From an archaeon (GTDB lineage: Archaea; Asgardarchaeota; Heimdallarchaeia; Heimdallarchaeales; Kariarchaeaceae): a stretch of DNA of 64,000 bases. Shown piece by piece: positions 41,221 to 50,876 of this stretch. The stretch lies in the NCBI GenBank assembly GCA_024280435.1, contig JAJRQD010000026.1, positions 11,257 to 75,256 of the forward strand, in the 5' to 3' direction. The notes beneath the pieces are model-generated. The model made no database searches, was not told where the DNA came from, and was given only the letters and a program-made list of their open reading frames with translations. The position numbers and the translations under genes were made by a program. The number at the start of each line of letters is the position of its first letter. Positions within the stretch are counted from its first letter, which is position 1.

Positions 41221-42219
41221 CTATAAAGATAAATTACTCGGAGCCAATGCCTGTACAGTCTCCATTGCATATTCCATTGGTGTTTTGAATGGTAAAGAGA
41301 TCAAAGGACAGGTTGCACCCGCTTTCCCAATTGCAATCAACTTCTCCTGTACTGCATCCTTATCACCATAAACACAGGTCTGTGCCAATAATTCATCTGT
41401 CACTGCCATTGCAGACTCCTTTATCTTACCCTTTTTCCACAAGCCCATAATATTATCAGCTTCCTCCTCAAAACCTATTCTTTTCAACATAGTATTGTAG
41501 AAAGTACCCATTCCACCAAAATAATAGGCCATATGGCCCCTCAACAGATCCAGCTTTGGCTTCTCATCTCCAAGGATAGATAATGTAAATGGAGTTATTG
41601 AGAAACTATCTCTCTTCTCTGCGGGAATAAATCCACTCATACGTTTAACCTCCTCTTCAAACGCAGATAATGGCATAATCACGGGAAGCCATCCGTCTGC
41701 CATTGTTGCGGTCAACTCTATATTCTTGGGACCTAGTGCAGCTATGTGAATTGGAATATCTGAACGAATATCCTTGATTGATACTTTGAAATTCTTCAGA
41801 TGCCCAAGTTGTTTTGTTTCATGGTTAAGCCGTTTATTGCCGAACAATGTTCTTAATACATCAATATATTCTCTTGTCCTCTGTAAGGGTTTACTATATG
41901 CCATTCCATGAAAATTCTCAATCACCTGTGGACCAGACAAACCCAATCCCAGTACAAATCTACCGCGTGAGATCTCATCAATAGATGCAGCAGTCATCGC
42001 CATTGTCCCCGGAGTTCTACTAAATATATTTACAATTCCCGTGGCCAATCGTGTCTTTCTTGTAACATGTGCCAACACAGATAACAATGAGATCGCATCA
42101 TGCCCCCATATCTCAGGGACTGAGATCTGTGCATAGCCCATTGCATCAATCATTGGAGCAAGTTTAATAATTTCTCTAGAGGGTAAATAATCGCTTGATA
42201 GTACAATACCAACATCCAT
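41221..42219 (-). CDS. Luciferase-like monooxygenase family (F420-dependent, Mer-like) oxidoreductase
   Basis: 332 aa TIM-barrel; GLGLSGPQV and IAALGPK motifs typical of the LLM family. Confidence 0.75.
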   Translation of the reverse strand: MDVGIVLSSDYLPSREIIKLAPMIDAMGYAQISVPEIWGHDAISLLSVLAHVTRKTRLATGIVNIFSRTPGTMAMTAASIDEISRGRFVLGLGLSGPQVIENFHGMAYSKPLQRTREYIDVLRTLFGNKRLNHETKQLGHLKNFKVSIKDIRSDIPIHIAALGPKNIELTATMADGWLPVIMPLSAFEEEVKRMSGFIPAEKRDSFSITPFTLSILGDEKPKLDLLRGHMAYYFGGMGTFYNTMLKRIGFEEEADNIMGLWKKGKIKESAMAVTDELLAQTCVYGDKDAVQEKLIAIGKAGATCPLISLPFKTPMEYAMETVQALAPSNLSL

Positions 42220-42335
42220 AAAACCCCTGTAAAATAATAATTTCTTTAAGATGTTGCATAATATTACAAAAAAATATGGATTTTATTGTTTAATATGGTC
42301 AAAGCTATAAATTTTATTTTCTTTTGTAAAATAGA

Positions 42336-43361
42336 ATGGATACAAAGAAAAGAATCATTGTTCTAGGTATGGGAGGGACCATAAGCAGTGTAATTGGAGA
42401 AACAGGCCTATCACCCCAGCAAAAATCAGCCGATCTCATCTCATTACTACCTGAGCTGAAGAAATACTATGATATAGAGACCCACGAACTGATGTCCATT
42501 GATTCATCCAACTTGCAACCAGAACACTGGACCATTGTAGCAGAGAAGATACACCAGGAAGCCATTCGAAGAGATGTACATGGAATCGTTATTGTACATG
42601 GAACCGATACCATGGCATATACTGCCTCTGCGATTGCATTCATGGTGCAGAGAATTGGTATCCCAATCGTATTCACCGGATCACAGATCCCATTCTCAAA
42701 AATTGGAAGTGATGGAAGAAAGAATATTATTGATGCCATAAGAGTTGCAGCAGATGCAGATATTGCAGAGAGTATCATTGTATTCGATTCTAAAATAATG
42801 CGGTCTGTCAGAACAATTAAGATGAGAGAATATGATTTGAATGCTTTTGAGACCACAGACCCCGTGCCAATCGGAGAGATTGCAATTGGCCTTCATATCT
42901 ATGATAATACCACTATTCGAAGAAATAATATGTCACCAGTACTATTCAACAGGATAAACACCAATGTAGCCATGTTAAAAGTATTTCCAGGTATGAAGCC
43001 GGAGATATTGACCACACTGATAGATCTAGGATATGAAGGAATAGTACTTGATGCATATGGAGCAGGTAATGTACCAATACTGGAGAATTCATTATTAGAA
43101 CCTATAAAAGAACTTGCTGAGAGAAATATACCCGTGGTAATAACCTCCCAATGTGTATTTGGTACAACTGAGTTATTATATGAAACTGGCATCAAAGCCC
43201 ATCAGGCAGGTGCCATACAGGGATATGATACGATTGCAGAGGTAGCTCTGATCAAGTTGATGTGGATACTTGGAAAGACCAGATCTATGGATGAGATAAA
43301 TAAACATATGAGCAATAATTATGTTGGTGAGATAAATCCCGCTATACAAAGAAAGAGATAA
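42336..43361 (+). CDS. ansA: L-asparaginase (type I)
   Basis: The N-terminal GGTIS-type motif (LGMGGTISS) and the HGTDTMAYTASA motif. Confidence 0.8.
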   Translation: MDTKKRIIVLGMGGTISSVIGETGLSPQQKSADLISLLPELKKYYDIETHELMSIDSSNLQPEHWTIVAEKIHQEAIRRDVHGIVIVHGTDTMAYTASAIAFMVQRIGIPIVFTGSQIPFSKIGSDGRKNIIDAIRVAADADIAESIIVFDSKIMRSVRTIKMREYDLNAFETTDPVPIGEIAIGLHIYDNTTIRRNNMSPVLFNRINTNVAMLKVFPGMKPEILTTLIDLGYEGIVLDAYGAGNVPILENSLLEPIKELAERNIPVVITSQCVFGTTELLYETGIKAHQAGAIQGYDTIAEVALIKLMWILGKTRSMDEINKHMSNNYVGEINPAIQRKR

Positions 43362-43376
43362 CTCAGTATAAATTTC

Positions 43377-44252
43377 CTAGAACATATTGAAAAAAGCGAA
43401 TATATTGGGAATAACACCTAATAAAACAAGTATAACAATGATAAATAGCAGCATAGCCCCATTGTAGTTATTACCTTTTACGCCTTGATGAAGAATATAG
43501 ATACTGTAGATTTTTCCCAGCAATCCAAGAATAATTACAGCAATCAGATAGAATGTGGAGTAATTATAAGAGGGAACAGGTACTGTGGTGACCACACCAA
43601 ATAAGTCAACTGAAGAAGTAGTATAGCTCACTGAAATATCTGGATGAATAGCTAATAAAACAAGTTGAATAATTCCAACTGCAATTCTTGGCAGATAGGT
43701 ATATGCGTTAAGCCTCCTCATTGCCTTGAAAGTATCATATCTAATTGGTTCCTCCGGTGCAAATCCGGATTTTAAGAATAAAGAGAGTAATAAAGCTCCA
43801 AAATACCAAAAAATCAGCAAAGTGATGAAAATCGTGATTGAGTTGGTAATATTTGGCTGAGTAATACTTTCCATAAGTACAGATTTGTCACCATCATCTA
43901 TATCTGATGAGAATACAACAGTTTTCACCTTCATTGCAGTGATTACTGGAATCAACGCCTCAACCAAAGCAAGAATGATAACCAGAATTAATGGATTAGG
44001 TGCCCTGGGATCCTGTAATAAACCGGGTGATACTCTTGCCGTATCTTTCAACATATCAACTGAGGCATTCATAATATTACCACCTTCATATACAATCGAT
44101 GTCATCACCATTGGCTGAGCCTGTTGAGGTACTTGCTGGAATTCTCCCAATGCAGAGAATTTTCCTGCCACAGTGAATTCAGTTCCACAGTTATCACAGA
44201 ATTTTAAATCATCAGCAGATTCTACGCCACAATTTTTACAATATTTTGACAT
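43377..44252 (-). CDS. Zinc-ribbon-anchored polytopic membrane protein
   Basis: N-terminal CKNCG...CDNCG zinc ribbon followed by about six TM helices. Confidence 0.45.
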   Translation of the reverse strand: MSKYCKNCGVESADDLKFCDNCGTEFTVAGKFSALGEFQQVPQQAQPMVMTSIVYEGGNIMNASVDMLKDTARVSPGLLQDPRAPNPLILVIILALVEALIPVITAMKVKTVVFSSDIDDGDKSVLMESITQPNITNSITIFITLLIFWYFGALLLSLFLKSGFAPEEPIRYDTFKAMRRLNAYTYLPRIAVGIIQLVLLAIHPDISVSYTTSSVDLFGVVTTVPVPSYNYSTFYLIAVIILGLLGKIYSIYILHQGVKGNNYNGAMLLFIIVILVLLGVIPNIFAFFNMF

Positions 44253-44316
44253 AATTACTGTTTGAAAATATCAAATAATTAAATACATGCAATACAGGTA
44301 ATTAATTTTAACTATT

Positions 44317-44970
44317 TTAGTACTTAAGATCATTCAAAAATTTATCAATATCATTAGAAATCCAGTATGCTACCCTATCATCAGTCTTATCTTTCACCTG
44401 TAACTGATAGTTTGCCCCACGAATAGAGCCCACATGTACATGTTCTGCCATCATTCGTATGGAATTCCTGACTCTTGTTGGATCTCCACGGTTGGAATCA
44501 GTACCCTGCAAGAAGAATGCCTCTCCCATAATTGCACCCAAAGCACGCATATCAACACGATCGGGTTTATTTGGTGGATAAAGAGGATAGTTCAGACATA
44601 CAATTGGAGGAACCTCACCAAAGTCAGATGCAATTGGTGCCACTCTTAATGCAGATGCAGCTGCAATACCATGACCACATAGTACCCATGTAATTTCGGG
44701 ATAAGTAGCTGAGATATGATCATATACTGCTTTGAATGCCTCATCAAGACTGCTCGTGTCTTTTCCGGGTTTACTACCATTTACTCTGAATGGGAATGCA
44801 AACCTTACAGAAGATATTTTCTTCTCAGATAATTTTTTGCTTAATGAAAGAATTATACCCCTGTCATGATGAGTACGCTCACCATGAGCAAGAATTAAGC
44901 CCCACTTACCATTATGAATTGCGATTTCAGCAGGTAAAGGTGGATTGAACTCGATATTTGTCTTGATCAT
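44317..44970 (-). CDS. Alpha/beta-hydrolase (dienelactone-hydrolase-like) protein
   Basis: LILAHG...CGHGIAAA nucleophile region; 217 aa. Confidence 0.5.
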   Translation of the reverse strand: MIKTNIEFNPPLPAEIAIHNGKWGLILAHGERTHHDRGIILSLSKKLSEKKISSVRFAFPFRVNGSKPGKDTSSLDEAFKAVYDHISATYPEITWVLCGHGIAAASALRVAPIASDFGEVPPIVCLNYPLYPPNKPDRVDMRALGAIMGEAFFLQGTDSNRGDPTRVRNSIRMMAEHVHVGSIRGANYQLQVKDKTDDRVAYWISNDIDKFLNDLKY

Positions 44971-45030
44971 TACTTATTGCCTATATTATAAATTATATTA
45001 AATATTGTTTTATTAAACAATATCAAATAC

Positions 45031-45287
45031 TCCTGTATCTATCATCTCTTTTTTTATACATTCTCACACAGAAACCACAAAGCATTGTATCTATATGCAG
45101 ACAGGCACCACAGAACCCTTTTCTACATAATTTACATCTTATCGATACATGTTTTATTCTGCAACTACTGCATAACTCTAGATACATTAACAATCTACAA
45201 ACAATATGGTCTATATGTATTATTTATACAATCGGGATTTTTGTTCACGCAACCATCTGAAGTGAGATAATTGATAGAGATACAGGA
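45031..45287 (+). ncRNA. Candidate structured leader/ncRNA upstream of the RT operon (inverted repeats plus long hairpin)
   Basis: 10-bp inverted repeat TCCTGTATCT (45031-45040) / AGATACAGGA (45278-45287) flanks a bulged 14-bp hairpin (45087-45100 pairing with 45168-45185). The GTATCTA motif recurs four times. The region is GC-richer than its surroundings and has no plausible ORF (45085..45270 is low complexity). Confidence 0.3.
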
Positions 45288-45325
45288 AAAGATAGATTAA
45301 ATACTAATAATATCTACATTTTATT

Positions 45326-47056
45326 ATGAGTTTGGATTGGCTTGCCTCCGTTCGATTATTCTTTAGAGATGAAAAAGAGGCATTTCTATTTCTTGGAACA
45401 GAACAAAAGCCCAGATCCACATATATCAGAATCACAGATAGATTTGATAAACCTAGATACTACCCCCCCATCCCGCTTGATAAATTACAGGAAAAATTCA
45501 ACCTCAATATAACTCTTGATAACTCACTCATAAATGATGAATTCAAACTATTGTTATCACTTATTATCAGAGAGAGATTGAGCAACCCAATTATTCAATA
45601 CAATGAGGAACTTTCCAATTGGATTGACAATGGAGTTGAGAGTGATATATTGGGATATATAATACAGATAATCAGCAATGATAAAAGAATTGCAAGACAG
45701 CATGCACTCTATAAACTAGTTAAAACACGATCAGATACATCTGAGATAGTATTAACATGTATGATAGATCTGAGAGAGGAGATCAGTATTGCTATTATCA
45801 GAGAATTAGGCAGATGGAGTATATGTCTTGACCGTGCATTAAAATTCTCCAAAGATAATACTGAAACAAAAGGGGCACTTGGATTTTACTCAAAATTGTA
45901 CCTGATCAGATATAATAAACAGACCATGGACATCAGTGATGTAAAACAAAGTATCACCCTTGTTAAGAAATTCAATTCAATTCACAAAATCAAATTTGAT
46001 ATGAAAAATATACCATATCTGACTTTTGAGGGCCTACCTTATCTTGCCACTTCAGACAAAGAGCTTTATGCCAAGATAATAGATAAATTGGTCAAATACA
46101 GATTATCAGGCAAAAATTACCGGGCTGCATTGATGCGAATAGTAAAATATGCAGAAATACTAGAATCTGTGGAACTAGTAGGGGGATTAGTGTGCTTGAC
46201 ACTGAATAATCGTTCAGTACATATTTATAGAGAAAAACAAACTATATATTTCCATGAAGATGAATTTATTGTGTACCCCCGACAGAGATTATTATCTCTG
46301 ATAAATATATGGGAAATTACTGGAAGAGATGATCTGCTTGATGCAGTACTGATATTTATCATCAGACATATACCGGCAGAGATCAATCTATTTGGAAAAA
46401 CCAGATACAAATATATCAATATGACACAATGGTTGGACACAATGCCACTGATAAAAGATCATTCTGACAGGATACAATTGATACTGTATAACGATCAGGA
46501 ATTATTACGAGACATTATAATTCATTTATCTAGAAATTTTAATCTACATTTCTACACCTGGTTACTTCAACATATAGATAATGAGATTATTAAGGAAATA
46601 CTATCAGAATTGAGCTTCAATGATAAATTACATATATACAGCTCGGCATATGTTTACCCACCGGATTTCAATCTATTGCATTATCTGAAAAAATACAGCA
46701 AGAATGCTTCCTTTGGACATTGTGATTTTGTTCCAACAAAGGATAGTCTCAAACAGACACTTAGTTTTTTCTATAGATTAAGATTTATACTGCCAGATAG
46801 AATATTCGATCAAATTGCAGAACTAATTCATGATGATAATTACAAGAAAATGAATATACACTCATTGTTGATCAAATATATGAAAAAAGTAATTTATCGT
46901 CACAAAAAAATATCAGATAGATATGCAAATATAATTCTTGAGAGAATAATCAATAATAGACACAGCAATTGTAAATTATGTGTGAACCAGTTAGATTATC
47001 TGAATAACTGGAAAAATATACCACTCATTCAATCCCAGAGGCTTGGCAGGACATAA
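45326..47056 (+). CDS. RT-operon gene 1: large alpha-helical repeat protein, function unknown
   Basis: 576 aa, predicted all-alpha with HEAT/ARM-like periodicity, no catalytic motif. First gene of a co-directional four-gene block. Confidence 0.5.
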   Translation: MSLDWLASVRLFFRDEKEAFLFLGTEQKPRSTYIRITDRFDKPRYYPPIPLDKLQEKFNLNITLDNSLINDEFKLLLSLIIRERLSNPIIQYNEELSNWIDNGVESDILGYIIQIISNDKRIARQHALYKLVKTRSDTSEIVLTCMIDLREEISIAIIRELGRWSICLDRALKFSKDNTETKGALGFYSKLYLIRYNKQTMDISDVKQSITLVKKFNSIHKIKFDMKNIPYLTFEGLPYLATSDKELYAKIIDKLVKYRLSGKNYRAALMRIVKYAEILESVELVGGLVCLTLNNRSVHIYREKQTIYFHEDEFIVYPRQRLLSLINIWEITGRDDLLDAVLIFIIRHIPAEINLFGKTRYKYINMTQWLDTMPLIKDHSDRIQLILYNDQELLRDIIIHLSRNFNLHFYTWLLQHIDNEIIKEILSELSFNDKLHIYSSAYVYPPDFNLLHYLKKYSKNASFGHCDFVPTKDSLKQTLSFFYRLRFILPDRIFDQIAELIHDDNYKKMNIHSLLIKYMKKVIYRHKKISDRYANIILERIINNRHSNCKLCVNQLDYLNNWKNIPLIQSQRLGRT

Positions 47057-47157
47057 TTACAGGTATAGAGATTGTACATAAGGAGATAATAGGTAAAATT
47101 TCAGTTGATGCTATCACACCCCTGACAATCAAAACAATAACCACAAGTTACAGAATA

Positions 47158-48114
47158 ATGAATGGTATGATACATCCCATTATAGAGGATAATATTAAAT
47201 TTGCATTGAACAAATACAACTGGGATCAACTAGCAAGACATTATCTGGCTCTTGGATTGGAAAGACCACAAAGAGAGGCATTAATAGCTTCAGAATTGAA
47301 AAATATTCCGAAAATGTTACTCAGAGACCAGCTAGGAAGGATTGCGCTGGTCAGTCAAACTATACTGTACGGAATGGATTTTGGATTCACTCCAGCTCTG
47401 GAGAATGTGATAATCAATAATATATACATGCGAGGTTGGAATATTGATAATAATATACAGAACAGACTGATCAGATTACTTGCTAGTGTTTCATTCAAAT
47501 TCAGATCATTCATTGCTGCCTATTTAATTCTTGAGAAAAGTGAGGTGAATAATGAGATACTGTTATTGGCAAGAGATGTATCATCTAAAATAATCAGAGA
47601 TAGATTACTAAGAACTCTTGAGAGATTTGGCTCTGCGGATATGTGGTATGCACTTGCAGGTTCAACATTTGAAGATCTAGCAGAAACTGCAACAGAACAG
47701 CTGAGAAGACTCAGAATGGGTAAAGAGGACAGATTACGTTTGATACAGACATTACTGAATTCAGAGAAGATAGAGCTGAGACAGATGGCACTGAGATGGA
47801 TGCTGAATCTTGAGTTTATAGAAGATGAGACAATTCCACTGTTCACATCCATATATACAGATACATGGTCAGATCTGATTGATTACTTCAATACCCATAT
47901 AAGATATATAAAAGAGACATATCCTGATTTCAAAAATATAATACAAGATATGATCTGGCGAATTGCAAGCCCTGTCAAGAGCAATGATAAAATTGTGGCA
48001 CTGGCAAGCAAGTTTGATGAACTGAGATCCACTCTTGATGAGCTGAGCAATACCAAAATTAAGAGCAGGTCTGCTGTGATACTACAGAAAATAGTTGGTG
48101 AATTCAATGATTGA
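47158..48114 (+). CDS. RT-operon gene 2: HEAT/PBS-lyase-like repeat protein
   Basis: 318 aa; repeated about 30-aa helical hairpins (LLARDVSSKIIRDRLLRTLERFGSADMWYALAGSTFEDLAETATEQL; RLRLIQTLLNSEKIELRQMALRWML). Confidence 0.5.
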   Translation: MNGMIHPIIEDNIKFALNKYNWDQLARHYLALGLERPQREALIASELKNIPKMLLRDQLGRIALVSQTILYGMDFGFTPALENVIINNIYMRGWNIDNNIQNRLIRLLASVSFKFRSFIAAYLILEKSEVNNEILLLARDVSSKIIRDRLLRTLERFGSADMWYALAGSTFEDLAETATEQLRRLRMGKEDRLRLIQTLLNSEKIELRQMALRWMLNLEFIEDETIPLFTSIYTDTWSDLIDYFNTHIRYIKETYPDFKNIIQDMIWRIASPVKSNDKIVALASKFDELRSTLDELSNTKIKSRSAVILQKIVGEFND

Positions 48115-49570
48115 GATCAAATATTCTGTATCTAATGAGACTGCTGTGGCAAAAAAAGATGATAATATAGTCTATCATTTTGCAACTGATGAAACTCACA
48201 ACAGATTCAATATCACACTGCTCGATCCAAACAAATATCTATATGCATTGAGATCTTCCCTATCAATTCTATTTGACAGGAAAATAATGATCGAACCGGA
48301 TAGATCACAGTATGAACTGTGGTTGGAGTATGAATTATTGAGAATAAGTGAAAAACAATACAATACACAGTCTACAAGAGAAGATGTTGATATCGAGGAT
48401 TATGAGACAATAAAAGAGAGAAGGGATGACTTGCTTGTCAGAGTACGTTCTCAGATAGCATATATGGATAAAGCAGTTAAAAAAATACCACTAGTGAAGA
48501 AAAGACTGATATTTCTGTGGGGTAATTATACATTACCAATATTAAGCTGCTTAGAAAATTATTTCAACATTCATGTATTCACAGATGAACTATACACTGA
48601 ACTATCAATCAAATCACCAAAGATTAGGTTTTATCATGGATTTACAGAGATTACACCCCTGTTCTACGAATCAATAGAAAGTCTTAATCGTGATAGAATT
48701 GTATTTACCAACGAGAGAATCGAGAAAAGACCTGAGATAGCGATTACAAAACTCAACAGATATGAAGAGAATGTAATTGATAATATGCACCTCAGCCAGG
48801 TATTGCTCTATTTTATCAAAAATACCAGTGTAGCCAAACATATAGAGCTGAATAGAGTACAGACCTATGACCTGCTCAGCAAGATAAACAGTATCAGAGG
48901 AGAATTCACACTAGCTATAAAATCAGGTAAGGAATACTCAATATCAATAAAAGATAAAATTGTTAATATAACAATTAAACAGGGTAAGAAAACATCTATC
49001 AGAATTACAATACCTGCTACATTTATCAGATCAATTGAGTTGGTGTTACCATATATCAGAAAGATCAGAATATCAGATACATTGATCGGATCTGTTATAC
49101 AGGTATACACAGATAATTTCATGATGAGCACCTGTCATCTGCAAGAGAATACAATAGAGCTGTATAATATACTGTACAGCATGTATAATTTTGATAGCCC
49201 TAACAAAGATGCAGTTATCAACCAGCTGAAAAATAGAGACTATGCAAATGTAAAATTATTCAATAACAATGAACTATTACAGTTAATTATGGAGGGTAAG
49301 ATCAGATATATCTCAAATAGTAATTCAGTCATCTACAAAAATATGTACAGCTACAACAGAACAAACCAATATACCAATGCAATGTGGTTAAGGAAGATAA
49401 TCCGTACAATTATGGTGTACAGTAAAACCAAGTATACCTGTATTATTGAGGATCATGATATCTCAGTCAGAATATCAAATAGAATACAGGGAGGCTGTAG
49501 TTGTGGAAAATCATGTGATTATGAGATTGCTTTGAAAGCAATAATACTGGAGGATAAACATTATGAGTGA
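48095..49570 (+). CDS. RT-operon gene 3: hypothetical protein (mixed alpha/beta, C-terminal Cys cluster)
   Basis: 491 aa; overlaps gene 2 by 20 nt and the RT by 8 nt (translational coupling). Ends ...GGCSCGKSCDYE. Confidence 0.5.
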   Translation: MVNSMIEIKYSVSNETAVAKKDDNIVYHFATDETHNRFNITLLDPNKYLYALRSSLSILFDRKIMIEPDRSQYELWLEYELLRISEKQYNTQSTREDVDIEDYETIKERRDDLLVRVRSQIAYMDKAVKKIPLVKKRLIFLWGNYTLPILSCLENYFNIHVFTDELYTELSIKSPKIRFYHGFTEITPLFYESIESLNRDRIVFTNERIEKRPEIAITKLNRYEENVIDNMHLSQVLLYFIKNTSVAKHIELNRVQTYDLLSKINSIRGEFTLAIKSGKEYSISIKDKIVNITIKQGKKTSIRITIPATFIRSIELVLPYIRKIRISDTLIGSVIQVYTDNFMMSTCHLQENTIELYNILYSMYNFDSPNKDAVINQLKNRDYANVKLFNNNELLQLIMEGKIRYISNSNSVIYKNMYSYNRTNQYTNAMWLRKIIRTIMVYSKTKYTCIIEDHDISVRISNRIQGGCSCGKSCDYEIALKAIILEDKHYE

Positions 49571-50876
49571 GAAGATAAACAAATTAATGAAAATATTCCA
49601 GGAGCTCAACGATCTAGGTCTGTGGCCAAGATCTATCTCACCACCAGATCCACAGGCACTTGAGAGAATTTATAATCTTGATGTGGATCTGTATAATCGT
49701 AAGTACAAATTATCAGTACCAGATGACAGAGATATTGAAGAGATCAGAGAAGAATACTCCAAAGAGAGTAAAAAAATAAGAGAGAGAAAACGTGTAAAAC
49801 GAGCACAGAAGGAGAGGAGAAAGAGACAGGAATGGAAAAAACTGAAAGAAACTCAGTTTACATATCTTGGGAAAGGTGTATCAGCCAAATTATCATCAAC
49901 AGATGAGAATACTGAATTGATAAAAAAACTAGAATTACCAAGTATAGAAAATGCAGATAAGTTATGTGAGTTTCTGGAAATCGAATTTGATCAGCTTGTA
50001 TGGATGGTATATCACCGAAAAAATAATAGATTCAGCAATTATATAGATTTTGAGATACCCAAAAAAAGTGGAGGAGTGAGAAAAATATCTGCTCCAAAAC
50101 CTTATCTGAAGAGAGTACAGTATATAATCAAAGAGAAAATACTAGATAAGATAGTGTTACCAGATCATGTTATGGGTTTTAAAAACAAAACCTCGATATT
50201 TGACAATGCAAGAGAACATCTCAATGCAGAGATACTGATAAATGTAGATATAGAGAATTTTTTTCAATCAATACGTTATTTCAGAGTAAGATCCATGTTC
50301 ATTAGATTTGGATACTCTGGTGAGATTGCCACCGTGTTATCACTGCTATGTACCAAACAGTATCAGAAGACAGTCAAGATAGGTGAAATCATACATTATG
50401 TGTTCTCAGAGAGCAGATACTTGCCACAAGGTGCACCTACAAGTCCTGTAATCAGCAATATCATTGCATTACCAATGGATAGAAATATCAAGGAGAGAGT
50501 TGAGAAACTTGGCTATAGATACACAAGATATGCGGATGATATCTCAATATCCACAATCAAGAGAGATAAGAAGATAAAAGCAGTGATGAGTATTGTGCAT
50601 CGTACCATGACAATGCATGGATTCAGTATTAACAATAACAAAACAAAAATACGGGGAAAGCATGAGAGACAGGAAGTTACAGGTCTGGTGATTAATTCGG
50701 GAGAGGTGAGAATACCCCGATGGTGGAGGAGAATTTTAAGAGCAAGGATAAACAGATTTATCAGCACAAATGAGGGTGATCCACTATCTTTGCTAGCAAG
50801 TATTGCATATCTAGACACTACCCATCCAGAACTGGCAAATAAGTATCTACAACAGATTATCGATAAAACTAGCTGA
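49563..50876 (+). CDS. Reverse transcriptase, retron-type
   Basis: Motifs 1/2 FEIPKKSGGVRKISAPKPYLKRVQ; NAxxH (NAREH); motif 3 NVDIENFFQSI; motif 4 LPQGAPTSPVISN; motif 5 RYADDISIS; motif 6 NNNKTKI; motif 7 VTGLVIN. N-terminal about 110-aa basic coiled extension. No maturase X or endonuclease domain. Confidence 0.85.
   Translation: MSEKINKLMKIFQELNDLGLWPRSISPPDPQALERIYNLDVDLYNRKYKLSVPDDRDIEEIREEYSKESKKIRERKRVKRAQKERRKRQEWKKLKETQFTYLGKGVSAKLSSTDENTELIKKLELPSIENADKLCEFLEIEFDQLVWMVYHRKNNRFSNYIDFEIPKKSGGVRKISAPKPYLKRVQYIIKEKILDKIVLPDHVMGFKNKTSIFDNAREHLNAEILINVDIENFFQSIRYFRVRSMFIRFGYSGEIATVLSLLCTKQYQKTVKIGEIIHYVFSESRYLPQGAPTSPVISNIIALPMDRNIKERVEKLGYRYTRYADDISISTIKRDKKIKAVMSIVHRTMTMHGFSINNNKTKIRGKHERQEVTGLVINSGEVRIPRWWRRILRARINRFISTNEGDPLSLLASIAYLDTTHPELANKYLQQIIDKTS

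Noticed and set aside
45001-45023. Perfect 9-10-bp AT-only palindrome AATATTGTTT-tatt-AAACAATAT
   Set aside because: It lies in a divergent promoter region, is too AT-rich to distinguish from chance, and is not placed as a terminator for any gene.
45085-45270. 61-aa plus-strand ORF inside the RT-operon leader
   Set aside because: The Tyr/Leu/Ile-rich low-complexity peptide overlaps the hairpin and repeat structure. It is more likely non-coding.
49563-50876. RT as a group II intron IEP or DGR reverse transcriptase
   Set aside because: There is no maturase X or endonuclease domain and no flanking intron RNA domains. Motif 4 is QGAPTSP (retron/group II-type) rather than the DGR signature, and no template or variable repeat pair was seen nearby.
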